Source of the DNA: Perna viridis
Lineage: Eukaryota
Assembly (NCBI GenBank): GCA_037379345.1
Contig: CM074513.1
Location: forward strand, 20,770,001-20,834,000
DNA length: 64,000 nt
Reading direction: 5' to 3'
Below, piece by piece: positions 63,895 through 64,000 of this stretch. The position numbers were made by a program, and so were the translations under genes. The notes under the pieces are model-generated. The model saw only the letters and a list, made by a program, of their open reading frames with translations, did no database searches and was not told where the DNA came from. How positions within the stretch are numbered: the first letter of the stretch is position 1; every line of letters starts with the position of its first letter.

Positions 63895-64000
63895 CACTTG
63901 ACCCAGAAGCAGGTAACAGCAGTAGAAAGCTTGAGAGCACAACTGGCCGAGGCCAATGAAAAGATAAACAACCTGTCTGCCGAGGTCCATGATAGAAAAG
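63895..64000 (+). CDS. ARHGEF18-like: RhoGEF exon, coiled coil (HLTQKQVTAVESLRAQLAEANEKINNLSAEVHDRK...), cut by the window end
   Basis: aattgcag acceptor, phase 0, heptad pattern. Confidence 0.88.

Larger units (their letters stand above)
128..64000 (+). other. ARHGEF18-like: Partial multi-exon gene: Lbc-subfamily RhoGEF (C1-DH-PH-coiled coil), ARHGEF18/ARHGEF28/AKAP13/ARHGEF2-like; runs off both window ends
   Basis: 28 GT-AG exons join in frame. C1 motif HQF..CVVC..CENCLINVHESSC..C; DH start KRQDTIWELIQTERHH; CR3 LVTQRPTKYPIL; PH LLVREK..RGIYLIS..PEMYE; Lbc-family motif PKRAETFAGFD. Exact paralog cannot be assigned without a tree. Confidence 0.93.

Overview
AT-rich, CpG-depleted, intron-rich animal genomic DNA. 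The repeat content (frequent TACATGTA, Meta/MESC-type SINE pieces, GGCGTTAAAC...(CAAT)n tails, TTAA-flanked MITEs) suggests a bivalve mollusc, by inference. The whole window lies inside one + strand gene encoding a Lbc-subfamily Rho GEF (ARHGEF18/ARHGEF28/AKAP13/ARHGEF2 family): C1 zinc finger, low-complexity linker, DH, PH, the PKRAETFAGFD motif and the start of a coiled coil. I traced 28 GT-AG exons by hand. They join in one uninterrupted frame (about 2930 nt, about 976 codons), and neither the start nor the stop codon is in the window. Most supplied ORFs are spurious or are exon read-throughs. The points of interest are in isoform architecture: a 197-aa acidic alternative first exon that would replace the C1 half, several short in-frame alternative first exons and microexons (including a possible 3-nt exon and a GC-donor exon), three splice-site-spanning local duplications, a Pro in the DH QRITKY motif, a cluster of TTAA MITEs around the C1 exons, and several long palindromes. 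I found no convincing wholly new system. All non-core exons are predictions that need RNA evidence.
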